A stretch of DNA of 64,000 nt from an uncultured bacterium (GTDB lineage Bacteria > Fidelibacterota > Marinisomatia > Marinisomatales > TCS55). Where the stretch lies: assembly GCA_964491015.1 (NCBI GenBank), contig CAZBEY010000001.1, positions 66,119-130,118 of the forward strand, read 5' to 3'. Numbering within the stretch: the stretch's first letter is position 1; each line of letters starts with the position of its first letter. Positions 20,503 to 29,525 of the stretch are shown here, piece by piece. A program made the translations under genes and the position numbers. Below the pieces are notes generated by a model. It did not search any database. It was not told where the DNA came from and worked only from the letters and a program-made list of their open reading frames with translations.

Positions 20503-21405
20503 ATGAACATCATTAATTCAGCATTGTCAGCTATCCTTCCCCTTTTCCCTCGTTGGATGAGCAAACCATTTGCCAAGCCCTACGTAGCGGGAGAAACAAT
20601 CGATGAGGCCATTCTTCACATCAAAGCACTGAATGAACAAGATTTCGCTGTAACGACCGATATATTGGGTGAGCACGTTAAGACGCTCGAAGAGGCGCGG
20701 CAAATGACCAATTTATATATCGATTTACTTCAAGCGCTAAATGACCAAAACCTTGATTGTCATATTTCCATTAAACCAACCCATCTTGGCCTTGATGTGG
20801 GTTATGATGTTGTTCGGGACAACCTGTTTCAATTACTTGAATCAGCGAAAACCACCGGCAGTTTTGTCCGTATCGATATGGAAAACTCACCTTATACGGA
20901 TGCATCCATCAAATTATACCTAGAAGCAAAACTCCGGTATGAAAATGTCGGTCCGGTTATTCAAGCCTATCTTCGGCGATCTCTGGATGATATTTCACGG
21001 TTAAACGGTGAAAAACTAAATGTCCGGATATGTAAAGGAATCTACAAGGAGCCTGAAACCTTGGCATATCAGAATAGCCAAACAATCCAAAATCAGTTTG
21101 TGAAATTGGTTAAGCAGGTCATTGATGGAGGCGGTTACCTTGCGATGGCAACTCATGACATGGAAATCATCGATGCGACTGAACAATGGCTGATTGAAAA
21201 CGAAATCAATACTGATCGTTTTGAATTCCAGGTGTTGTACGGTGTTCCCATGGGTGGAAAATTAGAAGCACTTTTGGAAAAAGGATACAAGGTCAGGCAG
21301 TATGTACCTTTTGGCAAAGATTGGTACGATTATTCCATCCGGCGTTTGAAAGAAAATCCGAAAATTATTGCGTATGTGTTTAAGAATATGTTTAAAAAGG
21401 ATTAG
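20503..21405 (+). CDS. Proline dehydrogenase (stand-alone PRODH domain)
   Basis: 300 aa. YVAGETIDEA, a TIM-barrel PRODH-like body and a C-terminal RRLKENP motif are typical of monofunctional PutA-like PRODH. Confidence 0.8.
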   Translation: MNIINSALSAILPLFPRWMSKPFAKPYVAGETIDEAILHIKALNEQDFAVTTDILGEHVKTLEEARQMTNLYIDLLQALNDQNLDCHISIKPTHLGLDVGYDVVRDNLFQLLESAKTTGSFVRIDMENSPYTDASIKLYLEAKLRYENVGPVIQAYLRRSLDDISRLNGEKLNVRICKGIYKEPETLAYQNSQTIQNQFVKLVKQVIDGGGYLAMATHDMEIIDATEQWLIENEINTDRFEFQVLYGVPMGGKLEALLEKGYKVRQYVPFGKDWYDYSIRRLKENPKIIAYVFKNMFKKD

Positions 21406-21566
21406 GAACGTAGATTAAGAAAAGGAACATTATTTTTTTTTCTTTTTCTTCGTGAATCTTCGCCTGCCCGCCTCGTTTTATTTATTCTTAATGTGGCGGG
21501 TGATCTTGGCAGCCGATAAATTAATGAGGTTATATTAAACAAATATCAATATTAGGATAGAACAAA

Positions 21567-21968
21567 ATGAATGAAATTGAAACTATTAAAAAAATCTACA
21601 CCATGAAATCCATTGCAGTGGTTGGTATGTCCCCAAAACCGGAACGGCCCAGTCATTATGTGGCTATTTATCTCCGGGATCAGGGTTATGAAATTATTCC
21701 CGTCAATCCCGGGCAGACCGAAATCGCCGGAGAAAAATGTTATCCTTCATTAAAAGACATCCCCAAACCAGTGGATGTGGTGGATGTTTTTCGCCGTCCG
21801 GAACACGTCAGCCCCATTGCAGAAGCGGCTATCAAAATAGGAGCCAAAGCACTTTGGCTCCAGGATGGTGTCATCAATGAAGGCGCAGCACAATTAGCAG
21901 AAGACGCCGGATTACTTGTGGTGATGAATAACTGCATGTTGCGACAGCATAGGCAGATGAACTTGTAA
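21567..21968 (+). CDS. CoA-binding domain protein (YccU/YneT-like)
   Basis: 133 aa. IAVVGMSPKPERPSHYV and the IPVNP motif are typical of the CoA_binding_2 family. Confidence 0.8.
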   Translation: MNEIETIKKIYTMKSIAVVGMSPKPERPSHYVAIYLRDQGYEIIPVNPGQTEIAGEKCYPSLKDIPKPVDVVDVFRRPEHVSPIAEAAIKIGAKALWLQDGVINEGAAQLAEDAGLLVVMNNCMLRQHRQMNL

Positions 21969-22319
21969 CAGCGAGCACAAAGTCAGTGATAAATTTTTTT
22001 TGATGGAGCTGGAAACCTGTGAACAAAACAGTGTCCTAAAAAAATATGCGTCTATGCGTTAAATGCAATCACAACACAAGTGTTCTCTGCAAATGAGCTG
22101 CTTTATGCAGGTGTTGATCCCAATGAAATGAGATTCAAAAGAGCTGGATGTTTTGATGTGGGATTAGAGTGCGGTGGCTGGGGACGCATTGTAATGGAAA
22201 TTAATGTTGAAGATCGCAAAAACGCCTGACGAGATGTATAAAGCCGACTGCGAAAGCTCTTAATCCTTTTTGGGGAATAATTAGATAGTTTTATTAAACT
22301 AAAATAAAAGGAGTTCGTT

Positions 22320-22913
22320 ATGGAAAAATCAATAAAGCCGGATAGAAAGTACTTTGATGTATGCATTTGGATACTTTTTACTATTTCAGGTTTTAGCATC
22401 ATATCCATGGCAGTTATTCATCTCATAATATATTTGGTCGGTGGTGATCTGATGGCTATAAAACTTATTTGGATGATAGGGTTAGGGTCTATTTTGGTAA
22501 TGTGGATTGTCTCGTATCCGATTATTCATCTTTGGATCAAAAACCTTGAATATATCATTCGTGAAGAACGTGTGTCTATCCATAAAGGTATACTGACAAA
22601 AACACAACAGAATATTCCTTATCGATCCATCACTGATTTTGCATTAAAAAGAGGACCTTATGATCGCATGATCGGAATCGGTTCCATTAAAATACAAACG
22701 GCGGGGCAATCTCACCAGCCATCCGGGTATGAAGGCAGCTTATCGGGTCTTTTAGATTATGAGATCCTGTTTGTCGAATTAAAAGAAAAAGTTAAATCCT
22801 TACATCCTGTTTCTGAATCATCAACAACAAGAGAACCTTTGAAAAGTTCTGACAATAGTGTTCTCATCCAGATACTGGAAGAGTTAAAGGAAATAAAGCG
22901 AAATACAGAATAA
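22320..22913 (+). CDS. Membrane protein with a bacterial PH (YdbS/DUF304-like) domain
   Basis: 197 aa. Two TM helices are followed by IPYRSITDFALKRGPYDRMIGIGSIKIQTAG, a bPH_2-type signature. An AAGGAG SD lies 8 nt upstream of the ATG. Confidence 0.7.
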   Translation: MEKSIKPDRKYFDVCIWILFTISGFSIISMAVIHLIIYLVGGDLMAIKLIWMIGLGSILVMWIVSYPIIHLWIKNLEYIIREERVSIHKGILTKTQQNIPYRSITDFALKRGPYDRMIGIGSIKIQTAGQSHQPSGYEGSLSGLLDYEILFVELKEKVKSLHPVSESSTTREPLKSSDNSVLIQILEELKEIKRNTE

Positions 22914-22972
22914 GTTAATTATTGTACTACCCTCGCAAGGCTATAATATCTTTATGAGAATGGAAAAATAAA

Positions 22973-23371
22973 ATGGAAATATTAAAGAAAAAGGACTCAC
23001 CTCGATATATCAGGATAGAAGGAATTAAATCATATTTACTGGCTTCACCTGTCACATGTAATACGACACATTTGGCAACGACATTAGTTGAAATTGAGCC
23101 TGGCGGTAAACAGCATATTCATAAACATGAACCTGAACAAGTATACTTTATTATTGATGGAATCGGTAAAATGACAGTCGGGCATGAGCACCAAATTGTT
23201 AATAGTGAAGATTGTATTTTTATTCCATCAAAGGAGCCGCATGGTTTAGAAAATATTGGAGAATCAAAATTGAGATATTTCAGTGCTGCTTCTCCCTCAT
23301 TTACAAAAAAAGAACTGGTTAACTTTTGGCCAATCGAAAGAAAATCAAGTATAGAAGGACCTTCCGATTAA
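22973..23371 (+). CDS. Cupin domain protein
   Basis: 132 aa with the cupin motifs GGKQHIHKHEPEQVYFIIDG and PHGLEN. Confidence 0.75.
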   Translation: MEILKKKDSPRYIRIEGIKSYLLASPVTCNTTHLATTLVEIEPGGKQHIHKHEPEQVYFIIDGIGKMTVGHEHQIVNSEDCIFIPSKEPHGLENIGESKLRYFSAASPSFTKKELVNFWPIERKSSIEGPSD

Positions 23372-23420
23372 TGGATTATTTCTTATTTGTCTATAAGAAA
23401 CGCAGGCTGTAATTTTTGAG

Positions 23421-23627
23421 ATGCAAGACACTTCACTATTCGTTTGGGGAGCACTATTTGGTATTATTGGTATTGGTTTTTTTACGTATGGCAAAAAACA
23501 GCATGCGACTGTTCCCCTAATCGTGGGAATTGCGCTCTTTGTCATTCCCTATTTAATATCCAATTTATATTTACTCGTTATTACAGGAGTTGTTTTAGTG
23601 GTGATACCGTATTATATAAGATTATGA
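23421..23627 (+). CDS. Small two-TM membrane protein (conserved YGKKQ-type family)
   Basis: 68 aa with two hydrophobic helices and an FTYGKKQHA turn. Function is unknown. Confidence 0.5.
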   Translation: MQDTSLFVWGALFGIIGIGFFTYGKKQHATVPLIVGIALFVIPYLISNLYLLVITGVVLVVIPYYIRL

Positions 23628-23666
23628 CATATGCTGGAATCGTTGAAATCTGATATATAAATCATT

Positions 23667-23987
23667 ATGTTAAAAACAGATTTAAACAAGGTAAATGCAA
23701 AAGAAATTCTCCCGGGATTCCGCGTTAAAGTGGTTCATTCTAAAAATATGACGTTAACGTACTGGGATATTAAAGCAGGATCATCTTTACCGGAACATTC
23801 TCACCCACATGAACAGGTTTCGAACATGATTGAGGGGGAACTTGAATTGACACTTGATGGAGAGAGTAAACTTCTAAAACCAAATTCAGTGGTTGTGATT
23901 CCATCCAATGCCATTCATTCGGGCAAGGCAATCACTGACTGCAGGGTTATTGATGTGTTTTATCCCGTTAGAAAAGACTTTCGCTAA
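23667..23987 (+). CDS. Cupin domain protein
   Basis: 106 aa with cupin metal motifs (PEHSHPHEQVSNMIEG and IHSG). Confidence 0.75.
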   Translation: MLKTDLNKVNAKEILPGFRVKVVHSKNMTLTYWDIKAGSSLPEHSHPHEQVSNMIEGELELTLDGESKLLKPNSVVVIPSNAIHSGKAITDCRVIDVFYPVRKDFR

Positions 23988-24086
23988 ACAGTCACCAGTC
24001 TACCAGTTACCCTGCCAGGTCGAGCATATATTTACCAATCACTATCTTCCGCATACAATTTTCCATCTCCCATGCCACATCTTTCA

Positions 24087-24977
24087 TCACTCCCCTCTTC
24101 TCCCCCAGCCCATTTTTTTACTCAGGACATCGAAGTAGTTTGAATCAGAAAATGTAATCATTTTCGTTTTGTATTCCGCTTTGGTAATATTGACCACGGC
24201 ATCCACGTCAAGCGTTTCCTGGACTTGGCCATCTACAGCCAGGGCAATACCGCCGGTCTGGTTATCCGGGAAAGTGAGTTCTAGTTTGCTATCATCAGGC
24301 ATGACGATGGGACGCAGGGTTAATGTGTGGGGTGAAATAGGCGTCACCACTATGGCATCCAAATCGGGCATAACGATGGGGCCTCCGGCAGATAAGGAAT
24401 AGGCAGTAGAACCGGTGGGTGTTGAAACAATCAATCCGTCAGCTGTGTAACGTGCTACACGGTTGCCGTTAGAATGCAATGTTGAATTAATAAGACGGTG
24501 AGATGAACCCCTATCAATAGTTATATCGTTCAAGGCATAAAACTCCATGGGCTCACTACCGTTGTCGACGGTGCACTTCAACACCATCCGCTCTAACAGT
24601 TCAAATTCGTCTTCTACTATTTGATTCAGCCGGTCAAACATGTCCTGGACGGTCACTTCAGCCAAAAATCCAAGTTTACCCAGATGGATTCCTAAAATAG
24701 GTGTTTCGCGATCACCGACTGCTCTGGCGCCTGAGAGGATCGTTCCATCACCCCCCAGAGCTAACAAAAAATCCAGCTTATTAAAATCTTCAGCAGATTC
24801 AATCAAATCATAATCAAAATTAAATTTGGCATTGGTATCATTGAGGATACGGGTGGTCAAATGCAGACGAATGTTATGTTCAGATGCCCAGTGGGTAATT
24901 TTCGGTAATATATTCCAAAAAACAGGTTTATCGGTGTTTCCCCAAATGCCAATCTGTTTTTTGTGTAAGACAGGCAT
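24087..24977 (-). CDS. nadK: NAD+ kinase
   Basis: 296 aa with the GGDGT motif (LALGGDGTILSGAR) and STPTGSTAYSLSAGGPI. Confidence 0.9.
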   Translation of the reverse strand: MPVLHKKQIGIWGNTDKPVFWNILPKITHWASEHNIRLHLTTRILNDTNAKFNFDYDLIESAEDFNKLDFLLALGGDGTILSGARAVGDRETPILGIHLGKLGFLAEVTVQDMFDRLNQIVEDEFELLERMVLKCTVDNGSEPMEFYALNDITIDRGSSHRLINSTLHSNGNRVARYTADGLIVSTPTGSTAYSLSAGGPIVMPDLDAIVVTPISPHTLTLRPIVMPDDSKLELTFPDNQTGGIALAVDGQVQETLDVDAVVNITKAEYKTKMITFSDSNYFDVLSKKMGWGRRGE

Positions 24978-24980
24978 GGA

Positions 24981-25181
24981 TTAGTCTTTTTCTAATTGGC
25001 CGGATAGTTCAGTAATTTTCTGTTCAGCTGTTGACAAATGCTGTCGAAGTGTTTCCGATAGTCTGACACCTTCCTCAAAAAGCGATAAACTTTTTTCCAA
25101 TTGAAGTTCTTCCGATTCCATTTCATTTACAATCTCTTCTAACCGCTGAAATAACTCTTCAAATGATTTTTCTTTTGACAT
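24981..25181 (-). CDS. xseB: Exodeoxyribonuclease VII small subunit
   Basis: 66-aa coiled-coil protein (FEELFQRLEEIVNEME...LSLFEEG), directly downstream of xseA. Confidence 0.85.
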   Translation of the reverse strand: MSKEKSFEELFQRLEEIVNEMESEELQLEKSLSLFEEGVRLSETLRQHLSTAEQKITELSGQLEKD

Positions 25182-25189
25182 ATTTTAAT

Positions 25190-26410
25190 TTACAACCCCT
25201 TCTTTTTGGATTCAGTATTTTTTTCTCTTTTAGCATGTAATAATCCTTTGGATAATTGAAGCTGAAAGGATTCACCATAATTTATATCATTGGGATTCAT
25301 GATAATTTTTCCGTTTTTATTGGTGGCGATAGCATATCCCCTGTCCAAAATAGCTCTTGGATTCAATATTGACAATTCTCCGAACAATTTATCAAATTGG
25401 TTTTTGCTCTCCTGAAATTTCGATTGAATAAATTGTTTCATTTCCACATTCAAATGGTGATTAAGTATTCTCATTCGATTCATTTTGACCAAGGGTTGTT
25501 GTTGGGAAAATCGATGATGCAATGAATCCATTTTTTGATAATAATGTTCCAAAATAAAGGAAACATTTTTTGATATTGTATTTTCACTCATTTGTATTCG
25601 ACTCAATAAATCATCCAAACTTGGAACGGCTAATTCTGCGGCAGCAGATGGAGTGGGAGCACGCAGATCAGATACCATATCGGATATGGTTGTATCCGTT
25701 TCATGACCTACGGCAGAAATGATGGGTGTTTGGCATGAAAATATTGTCCGGGCTACACGTTCTTCATTAAACGGCCAGAGATCTTCAAGGGAACCGCCCC
25801 CCCGCCCGACGATTATCACATCCACTAATCTTTTTTGATCCATTTCTTCTATGGCGGTCACAATATCCTCTGCAGCGTTATCTCCCTGAACCAAAGTAGA
25901 GCGTAAAACCAGATGCACATAGGGCGCCCGACGCTTAAGCACTTTTATCATATCCTGAACTGCTGCACCGGTTTTGGACGTAATCAAACCAATATTTTGG
26001 GGAATAGCCGGTAGTGGCTTTTTGAATTCCTCGTCAAATAGACCTTCAGATGCCAATTGTTTTTTTAAAGCTTCGAATGCAAGAAACAGGGTCCCAATCC
26101 CGGCTGGTTCCATTCGACTTGCCACCAGTTGATATTGTCCCCGGGGGGCATAAACCGAAATACGTCCATAAAGAAGTATCTTCATGCCGTTTTCCGGTTT
26201 AAAATGCAAAAACTGATTATTCCCCTTGAAAATAACGGAACGGATTTCTGCTTCCCTGTCTTTTAAGGTAAAATACATGTGCCCGGACGAATGATGGATA
26301 AAATTGGAAATCTCCCCTTCCACCCAGATCTCCGGGAAGGCACCTTCCAATAAGGATTTTATTTCCCTGGTTAATTCACTGACAGAAAGGGCGTGGGCGC
26401 GCTCTATCAT
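25190..26410 (-). CDS. xseA: Exodeoxyribonuclease VII large subunit
   Basis: It has an OB-fold N-terminus (LSVSELTREIKSLLE, WVEGEISNF) and a catalytic core (RGGGSLEDLWPFN). The start was set to the ATG at 26410, which forms an ATGA overlap with the upstream gene. The ORF track starts at 26446. Confidence 0.9.
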   Translation of the reverse strand: MIERAHALSVSELTREIKSLLEGAFPEIWVEGEISNFIHHSSGHMYFTLKDREAEIRSVIFKGNNQFLHFKPENGMKILLYGRISVYAPRGQYQLVASRMEPAGIGTLFLAFEALKKQLASEGLFDEEFKKPLPAIPQNIGLITSKTGAAVQDMIKVLKRRAPYVHLVLRSTLVQGDNAAEDIVTAIEEMDQKRLVDVIIVGRGGGSLEDLWPFNEERVARTIFSCQTPIISAVGHETDTTISDMVSDLRAPTPSAAAELAVPSLDDLLSRIQMSENTISKNVSFILEHYYQKMDSLHHRFSQQQPLVKMNRMRILNHHLNVEMKQFIQSKFQESKNQFDKLFGELSILNPRAILDRGYAIATNKNGKIIMNPNDINYGESFQLQLSKGLLHAKREKNTESKKKGL

Positions 26411-27270
26411 CGGGGCAACGGTGGTGATCCTGCTTCCTTCCAGCAAGTTAACCAGAATGATGCTGTTAATGTTGCTGCTTTGCCTAATCGATCACGGGCC
26501 AAATACTCTGTTTCCTCGAACAGGATATTTAAATACTGATCTTCGTAAGGCAGAAAATTATAGGTGTTTAATTCTTTTTTTTGCTCTTCTGTTAGGTGCT
26601 GTCTGGCCACGGAATCCGCCCTCAATATTTGAGGATACACTATAAAGGAATCTTTTGTTATAGCTAAGGCCGATTCTACAAATTGATCGATGATCCCTAT
26701 ATTCCCTTTCGCTTCGAAGTGGGGAATCAGTGTATCCACCATACGGCTCTCCCACCGAAAGTGTATGCCGTCGTTCCCTGTGAACTGTCCGTTATAATTT
26801 GCGCAGGTATGAAACGGCATGTGCAGGTCAGCGACATAATGTCCGAGATATCCCATATAAAACACCACCTCGTCCCAGCGTTCCTGCTTAAACATTTTGA
26901 TCAAAATATTGGCAGTTTCTTCAATGACCCAAGGTGCTGATCCCCATTTTTCAATATTATCTTTACCATACTTATTCACCAATGTTTTATAATCAATAGA
27001 TAGTTCAGTGAAAGGGTAATCACCATAGAGATCTGCATCAATAAAGTGACGATTAAATTCATCTGAATGAGCACTTTTAATATAATCGGGGACTGGTCCA
27101 TAGAGTGCCAATTCGTCAGCATGGCGCTGGGAAAATTCACCCAGTTGTCCCTCCAATATCTGGGCTGCTTTATAATTTATGCGTCTATGGACATCATACC
27201 CCCAGCCCATTATACCATTGATCAGGACCAGGGGTAAAATCCAAAAGAAGGTTCTTTTGAAAAGCCTCAT
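26407..27270 (-). CDS. Secreted zinc-dependent phospholipase C / S1-P1 nuclease superfamily protein
   Basis: 287 aa. A signal peptide is followed by WGYDVHRRIN and later by HYVADLHMPFH, the histidine-rich pattern of this superfamily. The exact activity is not resolvable by eye. Confidence 0.55.
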   Translation of the reverse strand: MRLFKRTFFWILPLVLINGIMGWGYDVHRRINYKAAQILEGQLGEFSQRHADELALYGPVPDYIKSAHSDEFNRHFIDADLYGDYPFTELSIDYKTLVNKYGKDNIEKWGSAPWVIEETANILIKMFKQERWDEVVFYMGYLGHYVADLHMPFHTCANYNGQFTGNDGIHFRWESRMVDTLIPHFEAKGNIGIIDQFVESALAITKDSFIVYPQILRADSVARQHLTEEQKKELNTYNFLPYEDQYLNILFEETEYLARDRLGKAATLTASFWLTCWKEAGSPPLPR

Positions 27271-27286
27271 GGGCTATCCTTTTTAG

Positions 27287-27382
27287 TTAACTTTTCTTTT
27301 TCTTATGACGATTTGCACGCAAACGCTTTTTTCGTTTATGCGTGTTTATCTTCCGCTTTTTTCGCTTTTTTCCGCAAGGCAT
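27287..27382 (-). CDS. Small basic ribosomal protein, bS22-like (AURKAIP1/COX24-type), 31 aa
   Basis: My own translation gives MPCGKKRKKRKINTHKRKKRLRANRHKKKKS. The ATG lies 3 nt after the HU stop codon. The KKRKxxKxxTHKRKKRLRxNRHKK pattern matches my recollection of the bS22 family. It falls below the ORF-track length cut-off. Confidence 0.6.
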   Translation of the reverse strand: MPCGKKRKKRKINTHKRKKRLRANRHKKKKS

Positions 27383-27385
27383 ATT

Positions 27386-27682
27386 TTACTTTCGATTACT
27401 GGTTAATGATTCATTTACACGTTCCCGCATATACTTTGCAGGTTTAAACGTTGGCGCATTCCGTTCCGGTAGAAATATGGGTTCGCCGGTTCCCGGATTA
27501 CGGGCTTTTTTTGGTTTGCGGTGCTTGACACCGAATGTTCCAAAACCTCGTAATTCTACTCGTTCGTTTTTAGCCATGGACTCAATAATGGATGTCATAA
27601 TACCATTCATAACTATTTCCGTTTCAACTTTAGTAAGTCCGGTGGCGCTTGATACTTGATTGATTATATCCTGTTTAGTCAT
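27386..27682 (-). CDS. HU/IHF-family DNA-binding protein
   Basis: 98 aa with RGFGTF, ARNPGTGE and PTFKPAK, typical of HU-beta/IHF-like proteins. Confidence 0.9.
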   Translation of the reverse strand: MTKQDIINQVSSATGLTKVETEIVMNGIMTSIIESMAKNERVELRGFGTFGVKHRKPKKARNPGTGEPIFLPERNAPTFKPAKYMRERVNESLTSNRK

Positions 27683-27710
27683 GGTTAATCTCCAAAAAAA
27701 TGTTTGTTTA

Positions 27711-29354
27711 TTACCCTTGTTTCACCCATAAAACAAGTTTTTGACCGGGATAAATATATTGGCCATAGGTTAAATGGTTCCAACGACGAATTTTTGAAGC
27801 CCGGGTGCCGTAATTTTGTGCAATATGACCCAACGTATCTCCTCTTCTAACAGTATATACAACTTTTAGATGTCCCGGTGGCCCATCTCTGGTTGTATAG
27901 ACACCGCGAACCGGTATGGTCAATTTTTGTCCGATTTTAATTCGATGTCTGTTTCGAATTTTATTCACCGCAGCCAAATCGTGAATGGATACTTTGTATT
28001 TTTTGGATATAGTCCATAAACTTTCTCCCCGGCGCACTTTATGAACGATATATTGGGGTGCAAATCTCTGGTCTTCCGGTAACGCATTAAAATTGGCAGC
28101 AAACTGATCAGCTGTTCCTTTAGGAATACGTAATAAATAAGGGCCATTATTGGGCGTGGCCGATTGGCGTAATTCTGGGTTATAATTCTTAATTGTTTTT
28201 AGACTGATACCTGTGGCGCGGGCAAGGACAGACAGATCGGCGCTTTTTTCCAATTCTACCAAATCAAATTCAAATGGACGTTTTGCATTGGTAGTCGAAG
28301 AAAGGTCAAATCCATATTCTTCCGGATTTTTAGCCATAATCGCTGCTGCCATATAATAGGGAATATAATTACGGGTTTCTTTCGGAAGAGAATGCAATTG
28401 CCAAAAATCTGAAGTCTGATGGAGTCGGATGGCTCTACGGATCCTCCCCGGTCCGGTATTATAAGATGCTAACGCAAGGTACCAATGATCAAATTCATTG
28501 AATAAATCTTTTAAATATGCACAGGCAGCGTAAGTGGACTTGATCGGATCCCGTCTTTCATCAACATACCAATCCCTTTTCAATCCATAATTTTTTCCTG
28601 TTGAGTATACAAATTGCCACAACCCGGTAGCACTGGCTTTTGAATACGCTTTTGGATTGAGCCCTGATTCAATCATGGCAAGATATACTATTTCTTCCGG
28701 CAATTCATTTTCTCTTAAAATATTTTTTATTAATTCTCCATACTCCGGTAACCTTTCCAACCAAGTTTGAAACTGTTTCTTACCTTTCGTTTGAAAATAC
28801 CGAATATATTGATCCACTGCTTTATTCCGCACCAGGGGGATATGCCCATCGCGATCATCTACGACAGTGAACTTACTGTTTCCCATTTCCATTTCAACAG
28901 GGATGGTGACCTCTTCAAGCATTTGTTTGGCATAAGCAGCAGAAATGGGGGCTTCAGTTATTTCCAAGGTGTGGAGCCGTGTAGCGTAAATCACATTTAA
29001 CGAAGAGACAAATCTATCGAATTCTTCCTGGTCTTCCTCTGTTTTGTCACCCAATTGATCCGCTTCACCCAATAATTCATAAATATTATCCAAATAATAA
29101 ATAACTTCGAGAGTATCTTGATGTATATCGGCAATGACTGCCTCAGTGAGAAGCATTTTTACATCACGGAGTAATTGCGGCAGACGATTGCGTGCCTCAT
29201 CTACCCCATTACCGTTTAAATAAATCCCCTCAGGCTGTACACTAGGTTCGTTTCCATTTTCAAATTGGGACTCTCCTGCAGGCAGGTCCTGACTCAAGAC
29301 TAAATTCATTGCGACAGCAATGAATAGTAAAATTCGTGTAACTTCTTTAATCAT
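27711..29354 (-). CDS. Lytic murein transglycosylase (MltD-like) with two C-terminal LysM domains
   Basis: 547 aa with a signal peptide, an SLT catalytic motif (ESGLNPKAYSKASATGLWQF, AYNTG) and two LysM repeats (YIVHKVRRGESLWTISKKY and VYTVRRGDTLGHIAQNY). Confidence 0.85.
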   Translation of the reverse strand: MIKEVTRILLFIAVAMNLVLSQDLPAGESQFENGNEPSVQPEGIYLNGNGVDEARNRLPQLLRDVKMLLTEAVIADIHQDTLEVIYYLDNIYELLGEADQLGDKTEEDQEEFDRFVSSLNVIYATRLHTLEITEAPISAAYAKQMLEEVTIPVEMEMGNSKFTVVDDRDGHIPLVRNKAVDQYIRYFQTKGKKQFQTWLERLPEYGELIKNILRENELPEEIVYLAMIESGLNPKAYSKASATGLWQFVYSTGKNYGLKRDWYVDERRDPIKSTYAACAYLKDLFNEFDHWYLALASYNTGPGRIRRAIRLHQTSDFWQLHSLPKETRNYIPYYMAAAIMAKNPEEYGFDLSSTTNAKRPFEFDLVELEKSADLSVLARATGISLKTIKNYNPELRQSATPNNGPYLLRIPKGTADQFAANFNALPEDQRFAPQYIVHKVRRGESLWTISKKYKVSIHDLAAVNKIRNRHRIKIGQKLTIPVRGVYTTRDGPPGHLKVVYTVRRGDTLGHIAQNYGTRASKIRRWNHLTYGQYIYPGQKLVLWVKQG

Positions 29355-29525
29355 AAGGTTTTAGGGCAAATTAAGGAGGGCGAAGTTATAGGAAAACAAA
29401 GGATCAGTCAAGGGAATTACTTACAAAATTTCATGGGGGATAAACCTGAATTTTCATTTCTTATTTTCTTGAAAAAACGACCGGTTAATGGTTTTACGCT
29501 TTTTGGTGATTTCATCATTGGTTGT

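Noticed and set aside
21440-21520. A cccgcc / ggcggg inverted repeat after the proline dehydrogenase gene, considered as a terminator
   Set aside because: The stem is 6 bp, the loop is about 22 nt and there is no trailing T-tract. This is not convincing.
22103-22408. A 101-aa minus-strand ORF spanning the gap and the 5' end of the PH-domain gene
   Set aside because: It overlaps a gene with a clear SD and a recognisable domain, and its product is low complexity with no motifs.
22973-23987. The cupin / small membrane protein / cupin trio, considered as a possible functional module
   Set aside because: Cupins are ubiquitous and functionally diverse. No enzyme, regulator or transporter context ties them together, so this is insufficient for a system-level claim.
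27316-27345. A hairpin (cacgcaaacgc tttttt cgtttatgcgtg) followed by T-rich sequence that looks like a plus-strand terminator
   Set aside because: No plus-strand gene precedes it, and it lies entirely inside the bS22-like coding frame (Lys/Arg codon repeats generate the symmetry). On the coding strand it is not followed by a U-tract.
27342-27659. A 105-aa plus-strand ORF antisense to the HU and bS22-like genes
   Set aside because: The opposite strand encodes an unmistakable HU-family protein. The plus-strand product is Phe/Arg-rich shadow sequence.
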